Origin: an uncultured candidate division Zixibacteria bacterium
Lineage (GTDB): Bacteria; Zixibacteria; MSB-5A5; GN15; PGXB01
NCBI GenBank assembly: GCA_963702205.1
Contig: OY969724.1
Coordinates: 2,016,001 to 2,080,000 of the forward strand
Length of the DNA stretch: 64,000 nt
Direction of reading: 5' to 3'
Shown here: in pieces, positions 10,267-21,016 of the stretch
Position numbering within the stretch: the stretch's first letter is position 1
Layout: each line of letters begins with the position of its first letter
The notes under the pieces: generated by a model
The model's database searches: none
Seen by the model: the letters and a program-made list of their open reading frames with translations, nothing else
What the model was told of the DNA's origin: nothing
Made by a program: the position numbers and the translations under genes

Positions 10267-11747
10267 CGGGTCCCCGCAGGCATACCCTGAGTGTCGTCGC
10301 GATATTGGCGGTGCATCTGTCACTGCTGGGTATCTGTGCCGCTTTCAGGAATTCAATCTTCGACGAAGGCGTCTATATGAACGCCGCCAGATTGATGCAC
10401 GACGGAAGCTCGGTATATAAAGACTTCTTCTTCCCGCAATTGATGCTTCTGCCGATGATTACGTCGATTCTGGCCGAAGGCGGCTGGCTCTCGTTTTGGA
10501 TGCTGAGGGGGCTGGCGGTCGCGGCGGGCCTGGTATCGGCTACAATGGTTTATGTGATTGCTTACAGGTTGACCAAAAATCAGGTAAGTTCTTTGGTCGC
10601 GTTGAGCGTTTATGCTCTTTCGGGATTGATGATATCGTGGCATGCCATATATACAGCACAGGTTTTCGCGCATATGCTGTCTTTAATTAGTCTGCTTTTA
10701 TGGCTGAAGTATTTTGAAAGCAAAAGGACGGGCTACTTGGTTTTGACGGCCGTAACGCTGTCTGTCCTGTTCAACTTGCGGGCGACTTTTATTGTGTTGG
10801 TGCCATTGTACCTGATATCGTTTGTATTGTTTGAACCCCGGTCGGCGTGGAAAAATATCGGGTTGTTTGTGGGGGCAATGGTTCCGGTCAGCCTCGTTAC
10901 AATTGTCAAGTTCTTAAATGCACCGGGCAATTTTATTTTTGATACACTCAGGTTTCAGCTGCTACGGGAGGGTAACAATCAGATCGGCCATATCCTATTG
11001 AATAAAATGACGATAATATTGCGGGTACTGGTGGATCCGCACATTTTGTTGATCGTACTGGCGGCCGTGTTTGCGGTCGCGACGCTGGTCAGACAAAATC
11101 GCATAAAAGGTGTCCGGAGTTTGTTTGTGAGCGCGGAGGGAATGGTCCTGATGAACCTGCTTTTGATCGCAGGGGTCTATCTGGTGCCCAATCCCATGAT
11201 GCGGCAGTACACCGAGCAATATCTCGCTTTCGCCATAATTCTCGGTGCGACGGCGGTGCCGACAATCTGGAACTGGATCGCGCAGTCAGGCGATGTAATG
11301 CGAAAGTACATTGCACCGACGGCCCTGACACTGGTGATTGCCGGATCGCTGGTGCCGTACTGGGCGGTGTATATATTCGACTCGCGTCAGCAGGACAGGA
11401 TGTACTTGCTCGACGAAATTCGCGGAGTGGTTGACGCCATGCAGGAGTGCCGCAATCTGCCCGGTCCGGTAGTGACCGAATGGCCGGGATATGCCTTTTT
11501 GGCGAAAAGCCCGCAATTGGCCCGAAGCGAGATACTCGGATGGCAGTGGAATCTGCCTTTGACCGCGGAGGAATTTCAGAAATACCGGTTGTGCGATAAT
11601 AATTACTTGCGGCAGAGCGTGATCGACAGGACGCCGTCGCAAATTATAAATGTAACCAAAACCCCGGAAGCGTACGCGGATATCATAAATGACGGCTATG
11701 TCGCAACGCACCAAGCTGCCGGAGTAACGTTATTTTGCAGAAAATGA
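10263..11747 (+). CDS. GT-C fold (ArnT/PMT-like) membrane glycosyltransferase
   Basis: DEGVY motif after TM1, many TM helices. Confidence 0.7.
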   Translation: MTGPRRHTLSVVAILAVHLSLLGICAAFRNSIFDEGVYMNAARLMHDGSSVYKDFFFPQLMLLPMITSILAEGGWLSFWMLRGLAVAAGLVSATMVYVIAYRLTKNQVSSLVALSVYALSGLMISWHAIYTAQVFAHMLSLISLLLWLKYFESKRTGYLVLTAVTLSVLFNLRATFIVLVPLYLISFVLFEPRSAWKNIGLFVGAMVPVSLVTIVKFLNAPGNFIFDTLRFQLLREGNNQIGHILLNKMTIILRVLVDPHILLIVLAAVFAVATLVRQNRIKGVRSLFVSAEGMVLMNLLLIAGVYLVPNPMMRQYTEQYLAFAIILGATAVPTIWNWIAQSGDVMRKYIAPTALTLVIAGSLVPYWAVYIFDSRQQDRMYLLDEIRGVVDAMQECRNLPGPVVTEWPGYAFLAKSPQLARSEILGWQWNLPLTAEEFQKYRLCDNNYLRQSVIDRTPSQIINVTKTPEAYADIINDGYVATHQAAGVTLFCRK

Positions 11748-12763
11748 AAATATTTAGATTAACGCTGGTAGTACTCTTTATAGCCGGTGCGGTTTTTGCT
11801 CAGGATAAAGCGGCACCGGATGCGGTTAAGTCGGCCGCCGGGATATCGGTGGAGACGTCGGTCGACCGCTCGGAAATTTATATCGGCGACTTGATTACCT
11901 ATAAACTGATAATAGTGCACGATTCGGACATTGTCCTGACACCGCCGCCGATCGGGGCCAATCTCGGTGCGTTCGATGTCAAAGATTATAAAAGCGATGA
12001 CGTGACTCACCTCGATAACGGGCAGCTCCAAAACGAAAGTCGGTTTGTACTGACAACGTTCACGACCGGAGATTATATCATTCCGCCGATACCAATCGAG
12101 TTCATGCGGCCGGACAGTACGGTCGAATACCTGCTGTCGGAACCTATCGCCATCAAAGTAAAATCGCTGATAGCCGCGGGGGCCGATACGGCCGACATCC
12201 GCGAGGTCAAATCACCGCTGGCGTTCAAGTCGGGCTGGCCGTGGTGGGGTTATGCCATTGCCGGAGGCTTGCTGGTGCTTCTGGTCGCGGGATTCGTTTA
12301 CTGGAAATTCTTCCGGAAGAAAAAAGAACCCGGGGAATTTGTCGATCGCCGCGATCCATGGGAAATAGCCTACGAAAAGCTGGCTCATCTCAAGGAGAAA
12401 AATTACCCGGCCGAAGGGTCGTTCAAGATGTACTATGTCGTGTTGACCGAAATCGTCCGCGATTACCTGGGCCGGATATATAAAATACCGGTGCTGGATA
12501 TGACGACGATGGAATTCCTCGATATAATCTCTGAAGAAGATATAGATGAAGATATAATGGACACACTCAAAAAATTCCTCAATCATGCCGACCTTGTTAA
12601 ATTCGCCAAATTGATACCGTCGGATGAACAGATGCAGCAGGATTTTGATATCGCCCACGAGCTGGTCGATAGAATCCGGATTTTGTATCTGTCTCGTATG
12701 GCACCGGTCGCCGTCCCCAATGCAGTTTCCGACACTGAGACTGAGGAGCAGGTCAATGTTTAG
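11744..12763 (+). CDS. Bat-operon membrane protein (BatD-like/DUF4381-like)
   Basis: Signal peptide, TTFTTGDYIIPPI, TM, ADLVKFAK motif; ATG overlaps upstream TGA. Confidence 0.7.
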   Translation: MKIFRLTLVVLFIAGAVFAQDKAAPDAVKSAAGISVETSVDRSEIYIGDLITYKLIIVHDSDIVLTPPPIGANLGAFDVKDYKSDDVTHLDNGQLQNESRFVLTTFTTGDYIIPPIPIEFMRPDSTVEYLLSEPIAIKVKSLIAAGADTADIREVKSPLAFKSGWPWWGYAIAGGLLVLLVAGFVYWKFFRKKKEPGEFVDRRDPWEIAYEKLAHLKEKNYPAEGSFKMYYVVLTEIVRDYLGRIYKIPVLDMTTMEFLDIISEEDIDEDIMDTLKKFLNHADLVKFAKLIPSDEQMQQDFDIAHELVDRIRILYLSRMAPVAVPNAVSDTETEEQVNV

Positions 12764-13793
12764 ATTCGCCGGTTATAACGTCAGCCTGTTCGATCACGAC
12801 ATTTCGGTTTCGGGGTACATTATCCTGGGGGCCGGTTTGGTGATTATTCTCGGGATGCTGTTTTACGCTTTTAGATTCCGTAAAGCCAAAGCGGCGACAA
12901 TCAAGTACAGCGATCTTAAAATAGTCCGGCGTTCGGCCAAAAGCGGACGGTCGCGTTTTAGATTCGTTTTGCCGCTCTTTCGCGCTCTCGCCCTGGCGGC
13001 GTTATTTATCGCCCTGGCCCGGCCCCAGGCGGGGACGGAAAATCGTGAGGTTTCTTCGGAGGGCATTGATATCATGCTGGCTCTGGATATTTCCGGCTCG
13101 ATGAAAGCCGAGGATTTCAAACCGCAGAATCGTTTGTACGTGGCGAAAGAGGAGATCAAGAAATTTGTCGAAAAGCGGGTCAGTGACCGGATCGGGTTGG
13201 TGGTGTTTTCCAAGTCGTCGTTTACTCAGTGCCCCCTGACTCTCGACTATGGCGTTTTGTTGAATTTCCTCGACCAGGTCAAGTTCGGCATGATTGAGGA
13301 TGGCACGGCAATCGGCATGGCCATCGCCAATTGTGTCAACCGTCTGCGTTCGTCGCCGGCCAAGTCGAAAGTGATAATTCTTCTGACCGACGGTATCAAC
13401 AACGCCGGGGAGATCGACCCGCTGACCGCGGCCAGTGTCGCCAAAACCATGGGCGTGAAAATATATACGATCGGGGTCGGCAAACCGGGTAACGCCATGT
13501 ATCCCGTCGATGATCCGATTTTCGGAAAGAGATATGTCTATATGCCGAATGAAATCGACGAAGAAACGTTGCGCAAAATCGCCGAAAAGACCGGCGGCAA
13601 GTATTTCCGGGCCCGTTCCGAACAAGAGCTGGAAAATATTTATTCGGAAATCGACAAGCTGGAGAAGACCAGGATCAAGGTCAACGAATATGTGCAGTAT
13701 AAAGAGCTGTTTTTGATTTTCACATATTTCGGACTGGGCCTATTAGTACTGGAAATGGTGCTGAGCCAGACGATTTTCAGGAAAATACCGTAA
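12756..13793 (+). CDS. batA: vWA-domain protein BatA
   Basis: ALARPQ, MIDAS DISGSM, GTAIG, LLTDG; GAGGAG RBS before ATG 12756. Confidence 0.9.
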   Translation: MFRFAGYNVSLFDHDISVSGYIILGAGLVIILGMLFYAFRFRKAKAATIKYSDLKIVRRSAKSGRSRFRFVLPLFRALALAALFIALARPQAGTENREVSSEGIDIMLALDISGSMKAEDFKPQNRLYVAKEEIKKFVEKRVSDRIGLVVFSKSSFTQCPLTLDYGVLLNFLDQVKFGMIEDGTAIGMAIANCVNRLRSSPAKSKVIILLTDGINNAGEIDPLTAASVAKTMGVKIYTIGVGKPGNAMYPVDDPIFGKRYVYMPNEIDEETLRKIAEKTGGKYFRARSEQELENIYSEIDKLEKTRIKVNEYVQYKELFLIFTYFGLGLLVLEMVLSQTIFRKIP

Positions 13794-13806
13794 GGAGTTT
13801 TTATAG

Positions 13807-14826
13807 ATGCGCTTTGCTTTGCCCCAAAATTTATTTCTTTTGGGATTGGTCCTGATCCTGGCGCTGTTTTATATATGGTCCATAAACCGCAAGAAGAAAA
13901 TCCTGTCGAGATTCGGGGACGTCTGGCTGCTGCTCAAAAACTCGCCGTATATAAGTTTCGCGCGGCAGGGCGGGAAGGCCTCGCTTCTGATAGTCGGCGT
14001 GCTGTTTTTGGTGTTAACGCTGTCACAGCTTCAATGCGGGACGCATATGGAAATGATGAAGCGGGAAGGTGTCGATATAATTATCGCGATCGACGTGTCA
14101 TCATCGATGCTGGCCGAAGATATGAAGCCTGACCGTATATCGAAAGCCCGTCAGGAAGTGCGCGGGATCATCGACCGGCTGAAAGGCGACCGGATCGGGC
14201 TGGTGGCTTTTGCAGGCGAGGCTTTTGTCCAGTGTCCGCTGACTCTGGACTATTCGGCGGCCGAGATGTTTCTGGACGTGATCGACGTGGGCCTTATCCC
14301 GAAACAGGGGACGGCAATCGGTGATGCTATCCGTAAGGCGACCAAAGCCTTCGTGGGCAAGGAAAGAAAACACAAGGTGTTGATACTGCTGACCGACGGC
14401 GAGGACCAAAACACCGATCCGATCGGGGCGGCCGATGAGGCGCGCAAGGAGGGGGTCCGGATTTATACGATCGGTATCGGATCTCCGGCCGGTGAACCGA
14501 TTCCGATAACCGACCGCAATGGCAACAAGGTCGGTTACAAAAAAGACAAAAACGGCGAAGTCATTGTCACCAAACTCGATGAGATGACTCTTCAAAAAAT
14601 AGCTTTAAATACGGGCGGCAAATATTATAATGCTTCACCGGGAGAAATGGAACTCGATAAGGTTTATGACGATATATCAAAAATGGAAAAGAAGGAACTG
14701 GAGGGCAAGCTGCTTATGCAGGACGAAGACCGGTTCCAGTATCCGCTGGCGCTGGCCATACTGCTGATAATCGGCGAGTTCTTTCTTTCGGAAAAACGCA
14801 AGGTAAAGAGTATAAAGAATAAATGA
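13807..14826 (+). CDS. batB: vWA-domain protein BatB
   Basis: DVSSSMLAED, PLTLDY, LLTDGED, VTKLDEMTL. Confidence 0.88.
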   Translation: MRFALPQNLFLLGLVLILALFYIWSINRKKKILSRFGDVWLLLKNSPYISFARQGGKASLLIVGVLFLVLTLSQLQCGTHMEMMKREGVDIIIAIDVSSSMLAEDMKPDRISKARQEVRGIIDRLKGDRIGLVAFAGEAFVQCPLTLDYSAAEMFLDVIDVGLIPKQGTAIGDAIRKATKAFVGKERKHKVLILLTDGEDQNTDPIGAADEARKEGVRIYTIGIGSPAGEPIPITDRNGNKVGYKKDKNGEVIVTKLDEMTLQKIALNTGGKYYNASPGEMELDKVYDDISKMEKKELEGKLLMQDEDRFQYPLALAILLIIGEFFLSEKRKVKSIKNK

Positions 14827-15557
14827 AAACAATTCTGACCATAACCGGTATTCTTCTGTTTGCGGCGACAATCGGCCGGGCCGATGATTTTTCCAGATAT
14901 GTCGGCCGGGGCAACGCCTCATACCAGGAAGGTGAATTTTCCAGGGCATTGGATTGGTATCATCAGGCCGAAGTGGAACGTCCGGAAACGCCGGAGCTTG
15001 ATTATAATATCGGGACGACACTGTATAAAGAGGGCAAGTACGAAGAGGCGCTTCAGAAACTTCAAAACTCTCTTAAAACCGACGACGTCGCCCACGAAGC
15101 CGAGGCCCAGTATAATATCGGCAATACCCAGTACAGGTCCGGGGATTATCAGAAGGCGATACAGGCTTACCAGCAGTCTCTGGAATTGAATCCCGACGAC
15201 CTTGATGCCAAGTATAACCTTGAACTGGCTCGTGTCAAGCTCAAGGAACAGATGAAAAAGCAGGACAAGAACCAGCAGCAACAAAAGCAGCAACAGCAAC
15301 AGAAGCAGCAACAACAAGATCAACAGGACCAGAAAAACCAGGATCAGCAGCAACAGGAACAGCAGCAACAACAGCAGCAGGATCAGGACAAGAAGGATCA
15401 ACAGCAGCAGCCGCAGCCGAAAGAAGTCGATCAGAATGAAATGTCCAAAGAGGATGCGGAGCGGATCCTGAACGCACTTAAGGACGACGAGAAAGACGTG
15501 CAGAAGAAAATAAATCGAAACCTCCCCGGCGGGAATTATCACGGAAATGACTGGTAA
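14823..15557 (+). CDS. batC: TPR protein BatC with poly-Gln linker
   Basis: TPRs (YNIGNTQY, AKYNLELA), Q-rich tract, AERILNAL, terminal DW. Confidence 0.88.
   Translation: MKTILTITGILLFAATIGRADDFSRYVGRGNASYQEGEFSRALDWYHQAEVERPETPELDYNIGTTLYKEGKYEEALQKLQNSLKTDDVAHEAEAQYNIGNTQYRSGDYQKAIQAYQQSLELNPDDLDAKYNLELARVKLKEQMKKQDKNQQQQKQQQQQKQQQQDQQDQKNQDQQQQEQQQQQQQDQDKKDQQQQPQPKEVDQNEMSKEDAERILNALKDDEKDVQKKINRNLPGGNYHGNDW
15260..15420 (+). repeat. CAG/CAA low-complexity tract encoding the poly-Q/D/K linker of BatC
   Basis: Runs of cag/caa codons visible. Confidence 0.8.
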
Positions 15558-17367
15558 ATGCTGAACCGGCTCCGGATTTTGACATTTGTCCTGCTTCTGG
15601 CGGCGGCAGGACCGGCTATCGCAGATGATGAAGTGTCGGTCACGATGACGGTCAGCCCCGATACGATCGGGCTGAACGATCAGGCGGTGTTGCTGATAAC
15701 CATAATCGGCAACAGGCAAAATTTCCCGACCCCCAGCCTTCCCAATTTGTCGATGTTCGACTACTATTCGCAGGGCACGTCGACCAATATTTCCATAAAC
15801 AATGGAACGATTCAATCGTCACTGCGCTATCAGTACCCTTCTTAGCCCAAAGCGCAAGGGGACGTTTGTCATCAAACCGGCCGTAGTCGTCGTTGACCAG
15901 AAACGGTATGCATCGAACGAGGTCACTCTGACCGTCCTCGATAAGGGAGTGGCGACGTCGCAATCGGTCCAGGATCAGGCCAAAACCGAGCAGGGGGAGA
16001 ACAGAGACGTTTTCATGGTGGCGAGCGTGGATAAGAAGAAAGCCTACGTCAACGAACAGGTTACCCTTTCGATAAAGTTCTACAGCGCGGTACGATTGTA
16101 TTCGCAACCGTCGTACACGGCCCCTCAGACGACCAATTTCTGGGCCGACGTGCTGGAACCGCAGAAGACGTACTATGAGACGATTAACGGACGCCGGTAC
16201 AGGGCGGTGGAGATAAATACGGCGTTGTTTCCGACGCGTTCGGGGCAGTTGTCGATAGGTCCGGCCAAGGTCGACGTGACCGTGGCGGGTCGAAGTGACA
16301 GCCAGCGCAACAATCCGTTTTCACTGGAGAGCTTTTTCGACCGAGGGACGCCGGTGACGGTTAGCTCCCAATCGGTTAAGATAGAAGTGCTGCCGCTTCC
16401 GACCGACGACAAACCCGACGATTACACCGGGACGGTCGGCAATTTCACGATTCGTTCGACGGCGGATAAAACGGCCACCGAAGTCAATCAGCCGGTAACG
16501 ATAACGTATAAAATCAGTGGCACCGGGAACATAAAGACGATCGCCGAGCCGGATATAAAGGAGCTCAAGGATTTTCGCATTTACCGGGCGTCGAGCAGCG
16601 AGAAGATTTCCAAAATCGATAACGTCGTCGGGGGAACCAAAATATTCGAAGAAGTATATATCCCCAAACGGGCGGGCAAACTGACGATTCCGGCGGTGTC
16701 ATTGAACTTCTTCGATCCCAAAGCCAAAAAATATCGGACAATATCGACCGACCCGGTGCAGGTCGGTGTCAAACCGGCAGACGACATGGAATACAGCGAG
16801 ACACCGTATCAGCCGGTGGCGGGCAGGACGATCAATTCCGAATCAAAAGATATTCGATATATAAAGAATAACCCCGGCAAACTCGAAAAGAAACAGGGAT
16901 TGATTCTTTTCTCGCCATTGTACCTGGTTTTAAACTGTATCCCGATTGTGATCCTGGCCGGAGTCGTGGTTGTCAGAAAACGTCGTGAGAAGCTGGCGTC
17001 GGATATCGGCTATGCCCGATCACGCCGGGCGCGCAAGATGGCCAAAAAAAGACTCAGCCGGGCTCATAAGCTCAAAGATTCCAATCAGCAGGCCGAGTTT
17101 TATGCCGAGCTGAGACAGGCTATCATCAGCTATGTGGCCGACAAAACCAACCGGTCGCCCTACGGGTTCACATCGGATATGCTGATGGAATTATTGCAGG
17201 ACAAAGGCGCGGATGACGCGATCGTCGACAATGTCAAAGAGCTTTTTAGAAGAGCCGATTTCGCGCAGTATTCGTCGGGCGAGTTCAACTCTCCCGATAA
17301 AAACGCCGAATCGCTTATGATGGCGGAAAATTTACTGGTCAAAATTGAAGGGACGCACCTTGGGTAG
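15558..17367 (+). CDS. batD: BatD, split by an apparent +1 frameshift near 15836
   Basis: ORFs 15558..15845 and 15802..17367 join as YQY-LLSPKRKGTFVI if one C is removed; AVGNF-like TVGNF and ISGTGNI motifs. Confidence 0.82.
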
Positions 17368-18124
17368 AAAGATATTAATACTCCTGATATTTTTTGCGGT
17401 GTTGGTGCCGGTATTTTCAGCGGCGGCCGATATCAAGGCCGATTCGACCTTCACCAAAGCCAGTAAAGATTATGCCGATAAATTATATCCCGAAGCGCTG
17501 GCCGGGTATTTGAGTCTTGAACAGAACGGTATTGTGTCATCGGCCCTGTATTATAATATCGGCAACTGCTATTACGAGTTGGGTGAACTCGGCTACGCCA
17601 TTTTGTATTATCTTCGGGCACAGCGACTGAACCCCGATGATGAGGATATCAATAACAATTTAGCCTTCGCCCGGCAGTTTATGGCGGTCTCGCTTGAAGG
17701 GGTTAAGATCAATCCCGTCACCGATTTCATGGATTCACTGGTCAAGCGATTTACGTTAAATAGCCTGGCCTGGATTTCATCGGGATTGTTTGTCTTTTTC
17801 ATGCTGTTTCTGGCGGTAGTGTTGTATTTCCGATTTTCCGGACTGACTATACGGCTGCTGGGATATGCTCTGGCGACGGTTCTGATCTGCTCGGCAATCC
17901 TGACAACCTATAAGTACCGGACGGATTATATGACGCCGAAAGGTGTAATTGTGGCCTCGGAAGCCAGGATATACAGCGGGCCGGATGAAAACCAGGAGTT
18001 GGAATTCACGGGCTCATACGGTCTGGTCTTCCAGGTGGAACGCGAAGAAAACAACTATTATCTCGTGATGTTTGAAAATAAACGTAAAGGATGGATTAAC
18101 AAGGACTTGGTGGCCTTGATCTGA
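17360..18124 (+). CDS. batE: BatE (TPR + SH3-like)
   Basis: LYYNIGNCYY, AILYYLRAQRLNP, C-terminal KGWI; start codon uncertain. Confidence 0.82.
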   Translation: MGRKILILLIFFAVLVPVFSAAADIKADSTFTKASKDYADKLYPEALAGYLSLEQNGIVSSALYYNIGNCYYELGELGYAILYYLRAQRLNPDDEDINNNLAFARQFMAVSLEGVKINPVTDFMDSLVKRFTLNSLAWISSGLFVFFMLFLAVVLYFRFSGLTIRLLGYALATVLICSAILTTYKYRTDYMTPKGVIVASEARIYSGPDENQELEFTGSYGLVFQVEREENNYYLVMFENKRKGWINKDLVALI

Positions 18125-18145
18125 TAATTGACGACATAGTTTATA

Positions 18146-18174
18146 TTGACACTTCCTCGATAAATATCTATTAT
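18146..18174 (+). promoter_or_regulatory. sigma70-like promoter
   Basis: TTGACA-17 nt-TATTAT upstream of ATG 18226. Confidence 0.6.
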
Positions 18175-18225
18175 TTTGCATCGAAATTTAACCCCACGTT
18201 TGTGGGGTTATGTTTTTGGAGAGGT

Positions 18226-19287
18226 ATGATTTCGATACTTAAGAAAAAGCAGTTCTGGGGTTCCGTCATAGCGCTTGTCCTGCTGGCTTATTGTGTCAAG
18301 GACATACGGCTCGATGATATCCGTAATCTGCTGAAGCGTGCCGACTTATATTATCTGGTGCTGGCCGTGATACTCCAGTTTTTATTCATAACCTGTAAAG
18401 CCACGCGTTGGCGGACAATTCTCGAGACGACCAAAAAAATAAAGTGGAAACGAGCTATACCGCTTTTCGCGGCGGGGCAGGCGATAAATATCGTGATGCC
18501 GGCTCTGACCGGACAGGTGGGGAGATTGCTGCTTTTTTCGAGGAAAGAGGATCTGTCCAAAACCTATGTTTTTTCAACGATAATGCTCGAAGTGCTTTTT
18601 GACGCCATCGGATTATTGACGTTTATAATGATTCTTTCGGCGGCGTCGATAGCGTTCCCGGCCCGTTACCGGACCATTGCGGTAATCGTCGCGATTGCGA
18701 CGGTGGTCGTCTTTATACTTCTGTATTTAATACTGTTAAACGAAGACCTTATTGGCAGATTCAGCCGACGTATTTTCAGAAAGCGTTGGCCCGGTTTTTA
18801 TATTACACTCAAGAAATTCGTAAGATCGTTCACGCGCGGCCTGAAGATGCTGCGCTCGACCCATTATTTTTTCCGTACGCTGGGATTTTCGATACTGGGC
18901 TGGTTGTCGCAAATGATGGTTATTTATTCGCTTTTTTACGCCTTCGGGTTTAAGTTGCCTCTGATTTCGGCGACACTGTTGATGGTTATAAATACTATCG
19001 CCCTGATGATTCCGATCACCCCGGGCAACGCCGGGACTTTTGAGCTGGCTGTGGTGGCGCCGCTTTTGGCTTTTAACATTGTCAAGTCGGACGCCGTATT
19101 ATATGCCCTGGCGCTGCATATAATCGACCTGATGCCGATTTTTATAATGGGCTATCTCTTCTTTTATACTGAGAAGATGACGCTTAAACAGATCAAGGAA
19201 GAAGGCAGCAAGAAAGAAGTATTGGACGAATTTTATGAACTGCGGAAGGCCCAGCTCGATGACAATAATGGAGACCCCGACTCGTGA
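18226..19287 (+). CDS. Flippase-like (LPG synthase TM / UPF0104) membrane protein
   Basis: RWR, PALTGQVGR, IPITPGNAGTFE motifs. Confidence 0.85.
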   Translation: MISILKKKQFWGSVIALVLLAYCVKDIRLDDIRNLLKRADLYYLVLAVILQFLFITCKATRWRTILETTKKIKWKRAIPLFAAGQAINIVMPALTGQVGRLLLFSRKEDLSKTYVFSTIMLEVLFDAIGLLTFIMILSAASIAFPARYRTIAVIVAIATVVVFILLYLILLNEDLIGRFSRRIFRKRWPGFYITLKKFVRSFTRGLKMLRSTHYFFRTLGFSILGWLSQMMVIYSLFYAFGFKLPLISATLLMVINTIALMIPITPGNAGTFELAVVAPLLAFNIVKSDAVLYALALHIIDLMPIFIMGYLFFYTEKMTLKQIKEEGSKKEVLDEFYELRKAQLDDNNGDPDS

Positions 19288-20270
19288 TTAAGTCGTTTTA
19301 CTGGAGGCCGGACAAACCGGTCGAACAGATTGATGGAATCGCGGATTTCGATGCCCTTTTTGCCGAGCTCGATATTCTGCTCTGGATCGACATGACCAAT
19401 CCGGACGACAAGGAATCGTTTATTCTCACCCATGATTTCCACTTTCACCCGCTGGCTATCGAGGACGTTATCGAGGAAGACGACGTCATCACGGAAATGC
19501 CGATTTCCAAAGTGGACGACTATAAAAACTATCTCTATGCCGAATTCCAGATTGTCGATTATGTCAATAAAAGCGACGGGATACAACTCGAAGAGGTTAG
19601 TATATTTCTCACGCGCAATACGGTCGTGACGGTTCACGAAAAGCCGCACCGGATTTTCAACCGGTTGTATAACCGGGCCCTGAAAGACGAACGCCTGATG
19701 TCGCGCGGTTCGGAATTTTTGTTTCACACCCTGCTCGATTCGATGGTCGATAATTATACTCTGGTCCTGGATTATTTCGAGAAGGCGGTCGATGAGATAG
19801 AAGAGAAAGTGCTCAGCGAACCTGATGAAGAAACGGTCAAGAATATATTTACTCTCAGGCGCGATATTTATGAACTGAAACGGGTGGCGTTGCCGCAAAG
19901 GGAGTTGATCAGCCACATCAGCAGGGGACAATACAGCATCATCTCCGAACGGGCGGCCCTGTATTTCCGGGATATACACGATCATATGACCCGAATTATC
20001 GAATTGGCCGAATCGCACCGGGATACGTTGATTTCAGCGCTGGAAGTATATTTTTCGAGCGTGTCGACCAAAACCAACGAGATTATCAAATTTCTGACGA
20101 TATTTACGGTTATTTTGATGCCGCCGACGTTTCTGGTCGGGCTATGGGGGATGAATTTCAGGTATATGCCGGAACTGGACTGGGAGTACGGATATGTCTT
20201 TTTCTGGGTGTTAATGGTGGTTATCACCATTTTAATGATTCTCTTTTTCAAGAAAAAGAAGTGGATATAG
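19284..20270 (+). CDS. corA: Magnesium/cobalt transporter CorA
   Basis: FHPLAIED, GMNF..MPEL signature. Confidence 0.95.
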   Translation: MIKSFYWRPDKPVEQIDGIADFDALFAELDILLWIDMTNPDDKESFILTHDFHFHPLAIEDVIEEDDVITEMPISKVDDYKNYLYAEFQIVDYVNKSDGIQLEEVSIFLTRNTVVTVHEKPHRIFNRLYNRALKDERLMSRGSEFLFHTLLDSMVDNYTLVLDYFEKAVDEIEEKVLSEPDEETVKNIFTLRRDIYELKRVALPQRELISHISRGQYSIISERAALYFRDIHDHMTRIIELAESHRDTLISALEVYFSSVSTKTNEIIKFLTIFTVILMPPTFLVGLWGMNFRYMPELDWEYGYVFFWVLMVVITILMILFFKKKKWI

Positions 20271-20332
20271 GCGTTTGTGGTCAAAATAGTCTCAATTTTT
20301 TAATAATTCGCTAAAATAAAGAAACAATATTA

Positions 20333-20400
20333 TTGACAGCCGCGTAAATGTGGTTATTTTAGATACTTATTGGTATTTATATAGATACTGAATAGTAGGT
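20333..20400 (+). promoter_or_regulatory. Promoter with two putative TetR operators
   Basis: TTGACA (20333) ... TATTTT (20355); AGATAC-N6-GTA at 20361 and 20383. Confidence 0.5.
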
Positions 20401-20419
20401 ATATGAAAGGCGCGTGATA

Positions 20420-21001
20420 ATGAAACAAAGTCCGAAACTGCCCGCCGAAATAAGGCGGGCGCAGCTGATCCGGGCGGCGGAGAAACTTTTCCGTAAAAAA
20501 GGATATCCTGGGACGACGGTGGATCATATCGCCAAAGCGACCAAGTTGACCAAGGGGGCGGTTTATTTTCATTTTGGCAGCAAAGAGGAGCTCTTTTTCG
20601 AGGTGATCCGTCAATATTGGACCCAAAATATCGCGCCCTTTTATGATTTCAATAAAACCACCGGCGACGCCGATGCATTTTTCGAAGACATCATCGGTTT
20701 CGGATTCGATTTGATTAGGACTGAACAACATCTCCCCGTCACTTTCTGGGAGCAGGCCCTAAAGATTCCACGCATAAGAAAATACTGGATGGAAGAACAT
20801 CAAAAGATAATCACGGCTCTCGCCAATGAAGCTTCGAAACGGACACATCTCAAGCCCGCCAATTGCGAGTCCTTAATTCGCAATCTCGGGGCCGTTCTCG
20901 ACGGTATGATAATTCAACGTCGGATATGCAAAGAGTGTTTGGACCTCGAAATTCAGCAGAAGTCATTAATAGAATTAGTCAAAGCATATTTAAAAGGGTA
21001 G
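20420..21001 (+). CDS. TetR/AcrR family transcriptional regulator
   Basis: HTH TTVDHIAKATKLTKGAVYFHFGSKEEL. Confidence 0.93.
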   Translation: MKQSPKLPAEIRRAQLIRAAEKLFRKKGYPGTTVDHIAKATKLTKGAVYFHFGSKEELFFEVIRQYWTQNIAPFYDFNKTTGDADAFFEDIIGFGFDLIRTEQHLPVTFWEQALKIPRIRKYWMEEHQKIITALANEASKRTHLKPANCESLIRNLGAVLDGMIIQRRICKECLDLEIQQKSLIELVKAYLKG

Positions 21002-21016
21002 GAGACTGTCAATTCA

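Noticed and set aside
15260..15420. Poly-Q tract as a novel repeat
   Set aside because: A Q/K/D-rich linker is a normal feature of BatC proteins.
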